Shown: positions 1 to 10,387, numbered from the stretch's first letter. The stretch: 64,000 bases of DNA from Minisyncoccota bacterium (GCA_040879685.1 JBBDJW010000012.1:14233-78232), one strand, 5' to 3'. The notes: generated by a model from the sequence alone, not told the origin. Translations and numbers: made by a program.

Positions 1-687
1 ATTGAAAATCCAATTGAATATCACCTCCCCGGCATCACCCAAACACAAACAGATGAAAAATCAGGTTATACCTTCTTGAAGGGGCTTCGCAGTGCATTAC
101 GGCAAGATCCTGATGTTATTATGGTTGGTGAAATTCGTGATGCAGAAACAGCAAAAACCGCTGTGAACGCCTCGCTCACTGGACACTTTGTTTTTTCTAC
201 CCTACATACCAATACTGCAGCAGGTGCAGTGCCTCGCTTAATAGACCTTGAGGTTAATCCAAAAATAATAGGTTCTTCTCTCTCGGCGGCACTTGCACAA
301 AGGCTTGTGCGAAGACTTTGTAAAAAATGCAAAAAAGAGGTACAACCAAGTAAGGAGGAGAGGGGACTTCTCGAACGCATTATGGAGACATTCCCCGAGA
401 ACGAACGCCGAGAGGTGGGGAGTATGTTTACTCCCGAGGGATGTAGTCTGTGTAATAACACCGGTTTTAAAGGAAGAGTTGGAATTTATGAGATTGTTGT
501 GGTTGATGAGAAGATAGAAAATGTTGCGACACAAAATCCGAGCGAGCGAGCGATTAAGGAAATTGCGCAGGGTCAGGGTTTTCTTGATATGAAGCAAGAT
601 GGGATTATAAAGGTTTTAGAGGGAGTTACCTCCCTCGCGGAAATCGCTCGGGTGGTTGATTTAGAAGAAGGATTAAAAAGTTCTTAA
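1..687 (+). CDS. pilB: Type IV pilus assembly/GspE-PulE family ATPase, C-terminal part (5' end lies outside the window)
   Basis: Frame is open from base 1 (IENPIEY...). Motifs [24 protein letters not shown], CxxC...CxxC Zn tetrad and GRVGIYE. Confidence 0.9.
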   Translation: MENPIEYHLPGITQTQTDEKSGYTFLKGLRSALRQDPDVIMVGEIRDAETAKTAVNASLTGHFVFSTLHTNTAAGAVPRLIDLEVNPKIIGSSLSAALAQRLVRRLCKKCKKEVQPSKEERGLLERIMETFPENERREVGSMFTPEGCSLCNNTGFKGRVGIYEIVVVDEKIENVATQNPSERAIKEIAQGQGFLDMKQDGIIKVLEGVTSLAEIARVVDLEEGLKSS

Positions 688-689
688 AC

Positions 690-711
690 AAAAAAACCCC
701 GCCTTACGGGG
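690..711 (-). terminator. Intrinsic terminator closing the 6S-like RNA
   Basis: Minus strand reads CCCCG-TAAGG-CGGGG-TTTTTT. Confidence 0.6.
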
Positions 712-714
712 AAA

Positions 715-884
715 GTTAGAGGTCTAAATCTCTAGGCAATCCTTTCAATGCAACGAGAGAAAGGCAGCTATTATACCAAGGAGTATGCTCAGCACTCCCG
801 CCGTAAAGGCGGACACCATGCATGCCCTCGTATGATACCTAAAAACCAAAAGGGCTTGATTGCCTAGAGATTTAGCTCTCCAAC
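715..884 (-). ncRNA. Candidate 6S RNA (long rod hairpin with central bubble)
   Basis: 18-bp perfect inverted repeat at 724-741/858-875, extended by G-U pairs on the minus strand. Central unpaired region, apical stem CCGCC/GGCGG, about 170 nt, followed by a terminator. Confidence 0.55.
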
Positions 885-927
885 CAGCGTTCTACACGCA
901 CAAAAAGTTTATCATATAAAATTTAAA

Positions 928-1941
928 ATGTCAAGCACCACCCCAAAACTGCCCGAGAATGATATCTCTCTTGATACTGCCCTGCGTCCACACAACTGGG
1001 AAGAGTATGTTGGACAAAAAAGGATAAAAGATAACCTTACTATTCTTTTGCGTGCGGCACAAGAGCGAAACCATTCCCCCGAGCACGTTTTGTTTTATGG
1101 GCCGCCAGGGCTTGGTAAAACAACACTTGCTCATCTCATTGCAAAAGAGTGTGATGCGGGGATTAAGGTAACTTCAGGGCCTGCTATTTCAAAAATTGGT
1201 GATCTTGCCTCTCTTCTCACCAACCTCTCTGCAGGAGATGTTTTATTTATTGACGAGATTCACCGGTTGGGTAAACAAGTTGAAGAAGTTCTCTATCCCG
1301 CAATGGAATCCGGAGTGCTTGATATTATTATTGGCAAAGGACCCTCTGCACGAAGTATACAATTAGAACTTCCTGCTTTTACCTTAGTTGCGGCAACAAC
1401 CCGTATCGCGCTTCTCTCTTCTCCACTTCGCTCAAGGTTTGGAGGCGGCATATTTCGTCTTGAATATTACTCTCCGGAAGAAATTGGAGAAATTATTAAG
1501 CGCTCAGCATCTTTACTTTCTGTGGTTATTGATAAAGATGGGGTGGAAGAAATCGCCAGAAGAAGTCGTTTTACACCACGCACTGCAAACTACCTCTTAA
1601 AGCGGTGTCGTGACTTCGCCCAAGTAAATCGTGGCCCTCTTGATAAGAAAACAATCCGTGGGGCATTAGCTCTCTTAGAAATTGATGAGCTAGGGCTTCA
1701 TGGAGGAGATCGGCACCTTTTACTTTCTCTTATTGAAAAATTTAGCGGTGGGCCGGTTGGCTTAAACACCCTCTCTACCCTTCTCTCAGAAGAAGAATCT
1801 ACCATCGCCGAGGTGAACGAGCCCTACCTTATCCAGATCGGCCTTCTCGAGAGAACAAAACAAGGTCGTGTAGTCACTGATGCAGCATACAAGCATTTAG
1901 GTGTTCCGGGTAAACGTAAACAACAAAACAAACTCCTGTAG
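928..1941 (+). CDS. ruvB: Holliday junction branch migration helicase RuvB
   Basis: LRP..W.EYVGQ, GPPGLGKTT, FIDEIHRL, GGPVGL, EPYL.Q.G. Confidence 0.97.
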   Translation: MSSTTPKLPENDISLDTALRPHNWEEYVGQKRIKDNLTILLRAAQERNHSPEHVLFYGPPGLGKTTLAHLIAKECDAGIKVTSGPAISKIGDLASLLTNLSAGDVLFIDEIHRLGKQVEEVLYPAMESGVLDIIIGKGPSARSIQLELPAFTLVAATTRIALLSSPLRSRFGGGIFRLEYYSPEEIGEIIKRSASLLSVVIDKDGVEEIARRSRFTPRTANYLLKRCRDFAQVNRGPLDKKTIRGALALLEIDELGLHGGDRHLLLSLIEKFSGGPVGLNTLSTLLSEEESTIAEVNEPYLIQIGLLERTKQGRVVTDAAYKHLGVPGKRKQQNKLL

Positions 1942-2133
1942 TCATAGAGCACAAACAAGAAACTCTCATTCCAAAGCTCAAATGATAATAAAGTGTTACA
2001 TGTTAAAGCCCTAATATTAAAAGAATTGAATTATTTGAATTTTGAACTTACTTTGGCATTTTAGATTTTGACCTTCTTACTCGTACCCTCTAATCTTATA
2101 ACCAAACACTCAGTATCCTAACAGCCGAAATAA

Positions 2134-2222
2134 CTATGTCAGGACACAATAAGTGGTCAAAAATTAAACACCCCAGTACAACAACTGCGTTGTGTACGGG
2201 GCGAGACTCAGTGTTATTATAA
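2134..2222 (+). repeat. Duplicated 5' end of yebC followed by a palindromic segment; forms a 28-codon ORF at 2136-2222
   Basis: 2134-2171 matches 2243-2280 with one synonymous mismatch, then hairpin CCCC-GTAC...GTAC-GGGG. Confidence 0.85.
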
Positions 2223-2244
2223 TAAGAAACTAGTATATCTTTCT

Positions 2245-2775
2245 ATGTCAGGACACAATAAATGGTCAAAAATTAAACACAAAAAAGCGAGTGAGGATAG
2301 TAAGAAAAGTAAGGAATTTTCACGTCTTGCACAACTCATTTCTATTGAGGCACGAAACGCTAACGGGAATGAGAGTGCGCCCGCCCTTCGTAAGGCAATG
2401 GAACGGGCTCGTGCAATTAATATGCCATCCTCAAATATAAAACGGGCTGTAAGGAGGGGTTCTCTTGGAACAGGAGACGCTTTAGAGGAAGTTGTGTACG
2501 AGGCATATGGGCCAGGTGGGGTCGCAATGATAATTTTTGGTTTTACTGATAATAAAAATCGCTCTTGTGCGCAGATAAAAAACATTCTTACAAAACAAGG
2601 ATTTGCTCTAGCAGAGCCTGGCTCTGCTACATGGGCCTTTGAAAAACAAACAGAGGGTTGGGAAGCAAAAACAAAAATCGCCATTAAGGAAGACGAGCAA
2701 GACACGTTACATACTCTTATTGAAATACTTCTTGAAGAAGATTTTGTAGATGAAGTTCACACTAACGCAGAGTAG
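2245..2775 (+). CDS. yebC: YebC/PmpR family protein (short form)
   Basis: MSGHNKWSKIKHKK start, YEAYGPGG, TDNKNR; lies next to ruvC. Confidence 0.93.
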   Translation: MSGHNKWSKIKHKKASEDSKKSKEFSRLAQLISIEARNANGNESAPALRKAMERARAINMPSSNIKRAVRRGSLGTGDALEEVVYEAYGPGGVAMIIFGFTDNKNRSCAQIKNILTKQGFALAEPGSATWAFEKQTEGWEAKTKIAIKEDEQDTLHTLIEILLEEDFVDEVHTNAE

Positions 2776-2906
2776 TATATAAACCTGATTAGACATCATA
2801 GTTGCGAACACAAAAGATATGAGTATGCAGAAAAAAATACACCATTATAAAAATAATCAGGCAAGGAGCGATGTGCCATGCGCTTTCTCGCCCTACCTCT
2901 AACGGG

Positions 2907-3386
2907 ATGAAAATTTTAGGAATAGATCCAGGATATGAAAGGCTTGGTGTTGCGCTTATTGAAAAGACAGGGCAAAAAGAAAAACTTGTAAGCTCTTCTT
3001 GTTTTACCACCAACAAAAAGACCCCTTTTGCGAAACGCCTACTTCACATTGGAAAACATATTAAAGAAATATTGGAGAAAGAACATCCTAATTTCATTGC
3101 TGTTGAGACACTTCTTTTCAACACCAACAAAAAAACTGCGATGGCGGTAAGTGAGGTCCGCGGCGTCATACTCTATGAGGCAGCTTGTGCGGGAGTAGAG
3201 ATATGTGAATATACTCCTCCTGAGATAAAAATGGCGGTTACGGGCTATGGCCACTCGGAAAAAAAACAGGTGCAATTTATGGTTGGTAAAATCCTTTCTC
3301 TAAAAACAAGCCTTATGATTGATGACGAGTGTGACGCCATCGCGGTGGCACTTACTTGTGCCGCGCACCAAAGAGGTCCTTTCTAA
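2907..3386 (+). CDS. ruvC: Holliday junction resolvase RuvC
   Basis: MKILGIDPG start, GYG.SEK.QV, DECDAIAVA. Confidence 0.95.
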   Translation: MKILGIDPGYERLGVALIEKTGQKEKLVSSSCFTTNKKTPFAKRLLHIGKHIKEILEKEHPNFIAVETLLFNTNKKTAMAVSEVRGVILYEAACAGVEICEYTPPEIKMAVTGYGHSEKKQVQFMVGKILSLKTSLMIDDECDAIAVALTCAAHQRGPF

Positions 3387-4792
3387 ATAATAAGACGAAC
3401 AAAGCGAGTTTTGCCAAGCTTAAGTGTGGCAGTTGCAGAGAAGGGTCTTGCAAGAGAGGTGATTCTTTCCCCATCAACATATATTCCTCCTGCACGAGCG
3501 AGGCGCTGCAACTCTGTTTTTGACGCAATAAGATTTTTTTCCTTGAGCCTCTCCACAATATCAAGAAGAGTGTCTCCTTTAGAAATTGAAATCTCAATAG
3601 GGGTCTCGGGGGTAATTTTTTTTTGGAAAACAGCAATAAAGTTTTCTTGTGCCCTCTCTGCCTCCTTCTCTCCATGATAAAGTGCCACAATTTCTCGTGC
3701 GAGCCGCATTTTTGTATCCCGCGGGTTCTTATTTTTGCCCATAAGACTTTTTTCAATCTCTTCAATCTCCTCATTAGGGGTGAAGGTACAGAGCTCAAAA
3801 TATTCAACCATGAGCTCATCGGGGATAGACATAACCTTTCCATACATATCTTCAGGAGCATCGGTGATTGCTATATAGTTATCCAGACTTTTACTCATTT
3901 TTTCTCTACCCCCCGTCCCCGTGAGAATCTCCATGGACATAACAGCTTGTGGTTCTTCGTTGTTTGCGTGCATTACATCTCTTCCTACAAGCATATTAAA
4001 TGTTTGGTCGGTTCCCCCTATCTCAAGATCACAACTTCCATAAATTTTATACAGTATATGGGAATCAATCCCTTGAAAGACGGGGTAGAGCATTTCACTC
4101 ATAGAGAGCTCACTCCCTTTTTTAATTCTCTCTTGAAACATATCACGTTGAATGAGCCGTCCATGGGTGATGTGTTTGAGGGTCCAAAGGAGATTCACTA
4201 CTGAAACACTCGTAATATTTTTTTTCTGGAGTGCCTTTTTCTGCATGCGCGACTCATCAAACGCGAGCGCTCTTCCTTCTATGGACTGAGGGTTTATGGG
4301 GACATCAATTGTCTCACTCCCTTTTTGTACGGTAAGGGTAATTTTATAATCCTTAGGGAGGGTGATGTCAAAGGGTGAGGTGAACCAATCCGAATTCCTA
4401 ATCCACGAAAAAACCTCTTCATCGGTGCGGAGAATTTTTTTAATCTGGTCTAAATATGTCTCCATGTTTTTTTCAACTTCCTCTTGATTAACTTCAGGGC
4501 GTGTTTTATCCTTTCCTGATGGATCTCCAATGCTCGCGGTGAAGTCGCCCACAAGAAAAACCACCTTGCACCCAAGGTCTTGAAGGGCACGCATTTTATG
4601 GAGTATTACCGCATGACCAAGGTGAATATCGGGGCGTGTGGGGTCAACGCCAAGCTTTATAATAATATCTTTGGTATATTCTCCTTGTGTTTTCTTAAGG
4701 AGTTTTTGCCGAAAGGCGTCGTCAGGGTCTATAAACTCAGAAACCCCACGTGAAAGGATTTCGTTTATTTTATTCTCGGAGATGGTTACCAT
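3383..4792 (-). CDS. tyrS: Tyrosine-tRNA ligase with an insertion in the catalytic domain
   Basis: HLGH, IGDPSG, EIGGTDQTFN, KMSKS and a C-terminal S4 domain. Start 4792 has TATATT 6 nt upstream. Confidence 0.95.
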   Translation of the reverse strand: MVTISENKINEILSRGVSEFIDPDDAFRQKLLKKTQGEYTKDIIIKLGVDPTRPDIHLGHAVILHKMRALQDLGCKVVFLVGDFTASIGDPSGKDKTRPEVNQEEVEKNMETYLDQIKKILRTDEEVFSWIRNSDWFTSPFDITLPKDYKITLTVQKGSETIDVPINPQSIEGRALAFDESRMQKKALQKKNITSVSVVNLLWTLKHITHGRLIQRDMFQERIKKGSELSMSEMLYPVFQGIDSHILYKIYGSCDLEIGGTDQTFNMLVGRDVMHANNEEPQAVMSMEILTGTGGREKMSKSLDNYIAITDAPEDMYGKVMSIPDELMVEYFELCTFTPNEEIEEIEKSLMGKNKNPRDTKMRLAREIVALYHGEKEAERAQENFIAVFQKKITPETPIEISISKGDTLLDIVERLKEKNLIASKTELQRLARAGGIYVDGERITSLARPFSATATLKLGKTRFVRLII

Positions 4793-4908
4793 AGGTAGAA
4801 TATAACACACACACACACCTTTGTCTTTATATAACGCCCCTCTTAATAGTTGCTTTACGGGCCGTGTTTGTGTTGTTGTGTGAGAGTGTATAAAATAAAG
4901 TTATTGCA

Positions 4909-7428
4909 ATGAATATAGTATCTAAAAATATCGGGTCTATTAAATTCATCTTTTTGTTGGTCATTTCTTTAGGAATTTTTATTTCCGGAGGTGTCTTATT
5001 GTGGGTCTCTAGTTTTGAGGTTCCCGACCTTAAAACATTTGATGAGAGAAAAATAAACCAATCAACAAAAATTTATGACCGAACAGGAGAGGTTCTTCTT
5101 TATGATATACATAAAGACATCCAACGCACCGTCATTCCTTTTGACATAATGTCGCGACATATCAAGAATGCAACGGTAGCTATTGAGGATGCTGAGTTTT
5201 ATGAGCACCGCGGTATAAAAATTAGTGCAATTTTTAGGGCCATTCTTGTAAACTTAAGTGCCGGAGAATACTCACAAGGAGGGTCCACTATTACCCAACA
5301 AGTGGTGAAAAACTCACTCCTCACCACAGAGAAAACCATCACACGAAAACTTAAGGAGTGGTTCCTTGCTCTAAAGCTTGAAAAAGTAGCTACAAAAAAA
5401 GAAATACTTGAGCTTTACCTTAACGAGGCCCCTTATGGGGGAAATGTTTATGGGGTGGAAAAGGCAAGTAATGTGTTTTTTGCAAAGAGTGCCCAAAGCC
5501 TCTCTTTGGCAGAGGCCGCTTATTTGGCCGCCATTCCTCAGGCGCCAACTTTTTACTCGCCCTATGGCAATAATGTCCACAAGCTTGAGGAGAGACAAAA
5601 TTTAGTTTTAGAGAGAATGTTGGGGTTAGGATTCATAACACAAGAAGAATACCAATCTTCCTCACAGGAGGAGGTTGTTTTTCAGCCACGCTCAACACTT
5701 GGTATCCGCGCGCCACATTTTGTTTTTTTTGTAACAGAGCTTCTAGAAAGGAGGTATGGTAAAGACGCAATTGAAAATGGTGGTTTGAAAATTATCACCA
5801 CTTTAGACTGGAATCTTCAAGAAAAAGCGGAGAATATTGTTTTTGAATATACAAAAGAAAACATTGAAAAATATAATGCTCATAACGCAGGACTTGTTGC
5901 AGTAGATCCGCAAACAGGGCACATTTTGGTTATGGTTGGCTCTCGGGATTATTTTAGTAAGGATATTGATGGAAACTTCAATGTTACCATAAACCCCAAC
6001 AGGCAGCCTGGTTCGGCATTTAAGCCCTTTGTATATGCAACGGCTTTTGAAAAAGGATACACCCCTGAGACGGTTGTTTTTGATTTGCAAACACAGTTTA
6101 ATGTTGGTTGTGATAGTGATGGAGTGCCACTTTATGAAAGTGTTGATGAGGAAGAGTGTTACACACCAGTTAATTATGATGAAATCTATCGCGGACCCAT
6201 AACCTTGCGAGACGCCCTTGCTCAATCAGTTAATGTTCCGGCCATAAAAACTCTCTACCTCGCTGGCTTAAGAGACTCTCTTTCAACCGCACAAAAAATG
6301 GGTGTTTCTAGTTTAGGTGACCCTGGTCGTTATGGACTTACTCTTGTCTTAGGGGGCGGGGAAACATCCCTTCTTGATATGACAAGCGCATATTCCGTCT
6401 TTGCAAATGATGGTATAAAAAATTTAACAACACCCCTTTTAAGGGTTGAAACATTTGATGGTATTGTTTTGGAAGAGTTTGGAAAACAGGAAGAGAGGGT
6501 GATCTCTCAGCGTGTTGCGCGGGTGATCTCTAACATTCTTTCTGATAATGTGGCGCGGACACCCGCGTTTGGAAACAGGTCTTATTTGTATTTTGATGAT
6601 GCTGATGTCGCCGCTAAAACTGGAACAACAAACGACTATCGTGATGCTTGGATTGTTGGTTATACACCAACAATCTCAGCAGGAGCGTGGGCAGGGAACA
6701 ACGACAACTCCCCTATGGAAAAACGGGTTGCTGGATTTATTATTGCGCCACTTTGGAATGCCTTTATGAAAGAGGCAATAGCGTATCTCCCACAAAAAAC
6801 ATTCAAAACCCCAAGTTTTGAGGATTTAAGTTTCTTAAAACCCGTACTTCGTGGAGAGTGGTTGGGGGGTGAGTCATATTATATAGACACCATCTCTGGA
6901 AAGTTAGCAACAGAACATACTCCAGAAGAAACGAGAAGTGAGAGGTTTGTACCTAACGTACACTCTATTTTATATTGGGTGGACAAAAACAACCCTCGTG
7001 GAGCGGCCCCAGAGGCCCCAGAAAAAGACTCTCAATTTGCTCTTTGGGAGGGGCCGGTAAGGGTGTGGGTTAAAAATCACAACATACAAGAGGGTGGTAC
7101 TTTTTCTATACCCACCGAACATGATGACGTGCACAGACCAGAATACTCACCTCAGCTTACTATTTCCGGCTTACAAGAGGCTCCTTACAACAAAAACGAG
7201 CGGGTGAGTATACAAATATCCTCCATAGGAAAATATCCCTTAATAAAGGCAGATATGTATATCAACAATACGTATATTAATTCAGCAAAAAAAGGTCCTT
7301 TTATGTTCTCCTTCGTCCCAAAAGAAATTTCTATATTGGAAAAAACAAACACCATAACCATTGTTGGCTATGATGCTGTTTTAAACTCTGGAAAAGCGAG
7401 CTCTCAATTTATTGTTCAAGAAATATAG
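4909..7428 (+). CDS. Class A penicillin-binding protein (PBP1A family)
   Basis: N-terminal TM helix. Transglycosylase motifs EDAEFYEH, GGSTITQQ, RKLKE; transpeptidase motifs SAFK, SVN, KTGT. Confidence 0.95.
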   Translation: MNIVSKNIGSIKFIFLLVISLGIFISGGVLLWVSSFEVPDLKTFDERKINQSTKIYDRTGEVLLYDIHKDIQRTVIPFDIMSRHIKNATVAIEDAEFYEHRGIKISAIFRAILVNLSAGEYSQGGSTITQQVVKNSLLTTEKTITRKLKEWFLALKLEKVATKKEILELYLNEAPYGGNVYGVEKASNVFFAKSAQSLSLAEAAYLAAIPQAPTFYSPYGNNVHKLEERQNLVLERMLGLGFITQEEYQSSSQEEVVFQPRSTLGIRAPHFVFFVTELLERRYGKDAIENGGLKIITTLDWNLQEKAENIVFEYTKENIEKYNAHNAGLVAVDPQTGHILVMVGSRDYFSKDIDGNFNVTINPNRQPGSAFKPFVYATAFEKGYTPETVVFDLQTQFNVGCDSDGVPLYESVDEEECYTPVNYDEIYRGPITLRDALAQSVNVPAIKTLYLAGLRDSLSTAQKMGVSSLGDPGRYGLTLVLGGGETSLLDMTSAYSVFANDGIKNLTTPLLRVETFDGIVLEEFGKQEERVISQRVARVISNILSDNVARTPAFGNRSYLYFDDADVAAKTGTTNDYRDAWIVGYTPTISAGAWAGNNDNSPMEKRVAGFIIAPLWNAFMKEAIAYLPQKTFKTPSFEDLSFLKPVLRGEWLGGESYYIDTISGKLATEHTPEETRSERFVPNVHSILYWVDKNNPRGAAPEAPEKDSQFALWEGPVRVWVKNHNIQEGGTFSIPTEHDDVHRPEYSPQLTISGLQEAPYNKNERVSIQISSIGKYPLIKADMYINNTYINSAKKGPFMFSFVPKEISILEKTNTITIVGYDAVLNSGKASSQFIVQEI

Positions 7429-7432
7429 TTGG

Positions 7433-7690
7433 TTAAATAATATTTTCTATCTTTTTATTAATGGTGTGAATTTCCTCAAGGATATCTTTTTTGTGTAGAA
7501 AAACTTCATTTTTAACAATGGGTGTTGTTGTTATAAAAATATCTCTACCGCATATTTTTATATCCTCTCTTTTTATAATAACACCAAACTGTTCATGAAA
7601 AATTTTTATAAGAAGTTTTTTAAGTGCATTATGGGGTGGTGTGAAAAGAGTAAATTTTTTTAAATACTCATCTATTTTTTGAAAAGACAT
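7433..7690 (-). CDS. Small protein, DciA/DUF721-like helicase loader candidate
   Basis: Immediately downstream of dnaN. Segment IFITTTPIVKNEVFLHKKDILEEI resembles the DciA core. Confidence 0.5.
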   Translation of the reverse strand: MSFQKIDEYLKKFTLFTPPHNALKKLLIKIFHEQFGVIIKREDIKICGRDIFITTTPIVKNEVFLHKKDILEEIHTINKKIENII

Positions 7691-7697
7691 AGTGTGC

Positions 7698-8801
7698 CTA
7701 GGAGTTGAGGGGCATAATAAGATAGATAAAGTTTTCATCATGAACTCCCTTAATGATCATGGGCTGTGTTTCGTTATTCATCTTTAAAACCAAGCTATCT
7801 TTTTTAAGTGCAGAGAGGCAGTCGTTAATATACCTATGATTAAAGTTTACATAAATACCCTCACCCGATATTGATGCAGAGAGTGTTGTTTTGTTCTCTC
7901 CAAGGTCGCTGTTGTGAGAACTTATCTCAAACACCTTTTTAACAGGCTCAATGGTGATGGTAATTTTATTAAACTTATCGGAAAAAAGATTAGTAACTTT
8001 TAGTGCGTCAATAAAATCCTCTTTTAAAACAACCGCCTCGGTGGTAAATTCTTTTGGTATAATTTGTTTATAATCAGGAAAAACACCATCAACGAGCCGT
8101 GATGTTATATAAGTAGTATCAACCTGTAATGATATTTGGTTTTTATCAAAATTTATAAAAAGTTCTCCACCTTTATTGCTTAAAACCTTGCTAATTTCAA
8201 TAATATTTTTAAAAGGAATTAGGAGGGAGAGGTTTTGTTTAATGTCTGATTTTAGGTCTATTTTTTTTTCAGCTAACCGAAATGAGTCTGTGGCAACAAA
8301 AATCAGTGTGTTTGCATTATTATAAATAAAAATACTTGAAATCTCTGGCTTAATGTCTGATGTGGCACTGCTGTAAGAAACAGAGTTTATTCCTAATAAA
8401 AAATCTTGTGTTGATATTTTTAAGCTGTCTTTATTGTTGATTTTAGGTAGTAAGGGAAAGTCTGTGTGTGGCTTTGTTTTTATGGTGGTTGTTGTGTTTT
8501 TTGTTGTGATTGATAGATTGTTGTTTTTAATAATTTTAAAATTTATAATAGTATCATGAATATTTGAGAGAAGGTTGGAAATAATGCCACAAGGAAGGGC
8601 AATTGAGCCTTCTTTTTTTGTTTTTATAGGAATGGTAATTTCAATCCCAACATCTAGGTTTGTTGACCTTATTTGTAGTGTGTCCCCCTTTGTGGTGATG
8701 AGAATAAAACCAAGGATATCCAAAGACAGGTTCTTTCCAACCATTCTTTCGGCGAGAGAAAGGGCTTCTTGTATTTTTTCTTTATTACATTCAAACTCCA
8801 T
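7698..8801 (-). CDS. dnaN: DNA polymerase III beta clamp
   Basis: STNLD, ATDSFRLA, FPDYKQIIP, YLIMPL; follows dnaA. Confidence 0.97.
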   Translation of the reverse strand: MEFECNKEKIQEALSLAERMVGKNLSLDILGFILITTKGDTLQIRSTNLDVGIEITIPIKTKKEGSIALPCGIISNLLSNIHDTIINFKIIKNNNLSITTKNTTTTIKTKPHTDFPLLPKINNKDSLKISTQDFLLGINSVSYSSATSDIKPEISSIFIYNNANTLIFVATDSFRLAEKKIDLKSDIKQNLSLLIPFKNIIEISKVLSNKGGELFINFDKNQISLQVDTTYITSRLVDGVFPDYKQIIPKEFTTEAVVLKEDFIDALKVTNLFSDKFNKITITIEPVKKVFEISSHNSDLGENKTTLSASISGEGIYVNFNHRYINDCLSALKKDSLVLKMNNETQPMIIKGVHDENFIYLIMPLNS

Positions 8802-9034
8802 AATAAATAAATAACTATTAACTATATGTTTATTATTATAAGGCTGTTGATAAGTGGATAAGTGTTTTAAATACTGTTTTTAAAGGAAGTTTTTAAAATA
8901 TTTTTTCTAACAAAATGTTTATAGTTGAGGAATAATATGTTAATAACTTTTTACTTTTAATAAAACACTACTTTTTACACATATTATTAACTGAAAAATA
9001 AAAAGTTATTAACACACTTGCTCACAGCCTTTAA
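8802..9034. other. oriC region (dnaA-dnaN intergenic)
   Basis: Very AT-rich. DnaA-box-like 9-mers TGTTGATAA (8845), AGTGGATAA (8853) and TGTTAATAA (8938); TAA/TAT-rich tract next to the dnaN start. Confidence 0.8.
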
Positions 9035-10387
9035 TTAAAACATTGAACGAATCTGTTCTAATTCTTGTGAAAGAGAGCTATTTAATTCAAGGTCCTTTCT
9101 CACTTTTTCACAAGAGTGAATAACGGTTGTGTGGTCTCGCCCTCCTAATTTTTGTCCAATTGTTGGATAAGAAACACCAAAGTCTTCTCTTAGTAAAAAC
9201 ATAATAATTTGTCTCGGCTTAACCACCTCCCTTCTTCTTGTTTTTTGATAAATAAAATCTTTTTCAAGATTATAAAAATCAGTAACTATTTCAACAACAT
9301 CTTCTGTTGAAATAGTTTTTCTATCTTTTTTGTTGTTTTTAACAATTGTGCGAATCTCATTTAGTGTTAAGTCTTTATTTTTTACCTGTGCTTGGCAGAT
9401 AATTGCATTCAAAATCCCCTCCAACTCACGAACATTTCCCTTAAGCGACGACGCAACAAAGGAAATGGTTTCGTCAGGGAGGCTAAAACCAAGACTTTTT
9501 ATTTTTGACCTCAAAATAGCGGCCCGAGACTCAAGGTCTGGTTCTGAAATATCAACAATCATTCCTTGGCTAAAACGAGATTTAAGGCGGTCTTCTATAT
9601 CAGGGATATAGTTACAATGTTTATCTGATGAAAAAATAATTTGCTTATTATTATCATAAAGAGAGTTAAAGAGATGAAATAACTCATCTTGTGTTCCTTG
9701 TTTTCCTCCAAAAAACTGAATATCGTCCATAATGAAGACGTCGTATTTCCTGTACTTTTCTTTAAAGATACTGATTTTATTTACCTGAACAGAGTTAATG
9801 TAGTCCAAAAAGAATTTTTCAGAGGTTGTATAAAAAACCTTTTTTGAAGCGTGTTGTTTTTTTATTTCATTTCCAACCGCCTGAATAAGATGTGTCTTTC
9901 CAAGCCCTGTTGGTCCATGAATAAAAAGTGGGTTATATACCACGCCAGGATTTTTAATAATTGCCCGCGCGGCGGCATTAGCAAGTTCATTAAAGGGGCC
10001 AACAACAAAGGTTTCAAAAGAGTAACGAGAATTTAAATTATCATCCTTGTTTATATAAAGATCTTTTAAAGGCAACTCTATTGTGTTTTGTGTGTGTGGA
10101 AGGATTGTCGTGACCCGCTCCCCCACTAACTCCTCTCCTTTTGGAGTAATGATATATTCAACCCCACGGACATTCTCTTTTACCTCTCGTAATGATTTTA
10201 AAATAAATTTATGATATTTATTATAAAGCCACTCTTTAACAAAGCTATTAGGGACACTTATAAAAACAATTCCCTCCTCTTCCTTCACAATATTGGTGTT
10301 TTTAAACCACGTGGTGAAATTTGCTTTTGATACACTAAGCTCTATTTCAGAGAGGGCGGTATTCCAAAGTTGTTTTGTGTCATTCAT
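9035..10387 (-). CDS. dnaA: Chromosomal replication initiator DnaA
   Basis: YNPLFIHGPTGLGKTHL, DDIQF, RELEG, GRDHTTVIH. Confidence 0.98.
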   Translation of the reverse strand: MNDTKQLWNTALSEIELSVSKANFTTWFKNTNIVKEEEGIVFISVPNSFVKEWLYNKYHKFILKSLREVKENVRGVEYIITPKGEELVGERVTTILPHTQNTIELPLKDLYINKDDNLNSRYSFETFVVGPFNELANAAARAIIKNPGVVYNPLFIHGPTGLGKTHLIQAVGNEIKKQHASKKVFYTTSEKFFLDYINSVQVNKISIFKEKYRKYDVFIMDDIQFFGGKQGTQDELFHLFNSLYDNNKQIIFSSDKHCNYIPDIEDRLKSRFSQGMIVDISEPDLESRAAILRSKIKSLGFSLPDETISFVASSLKGNVRELEGILNAIICQAQVKNKDLTLNEIRTIVKNNKKDRKTISTEDVVEIVTDFYNLEKDFIYQKTRRREVVKPRQIIMFLLREDFGVSYPTIGQKLGGRDHTTVIHSCEKVRKDLELNSSLSQELEQIRSMF

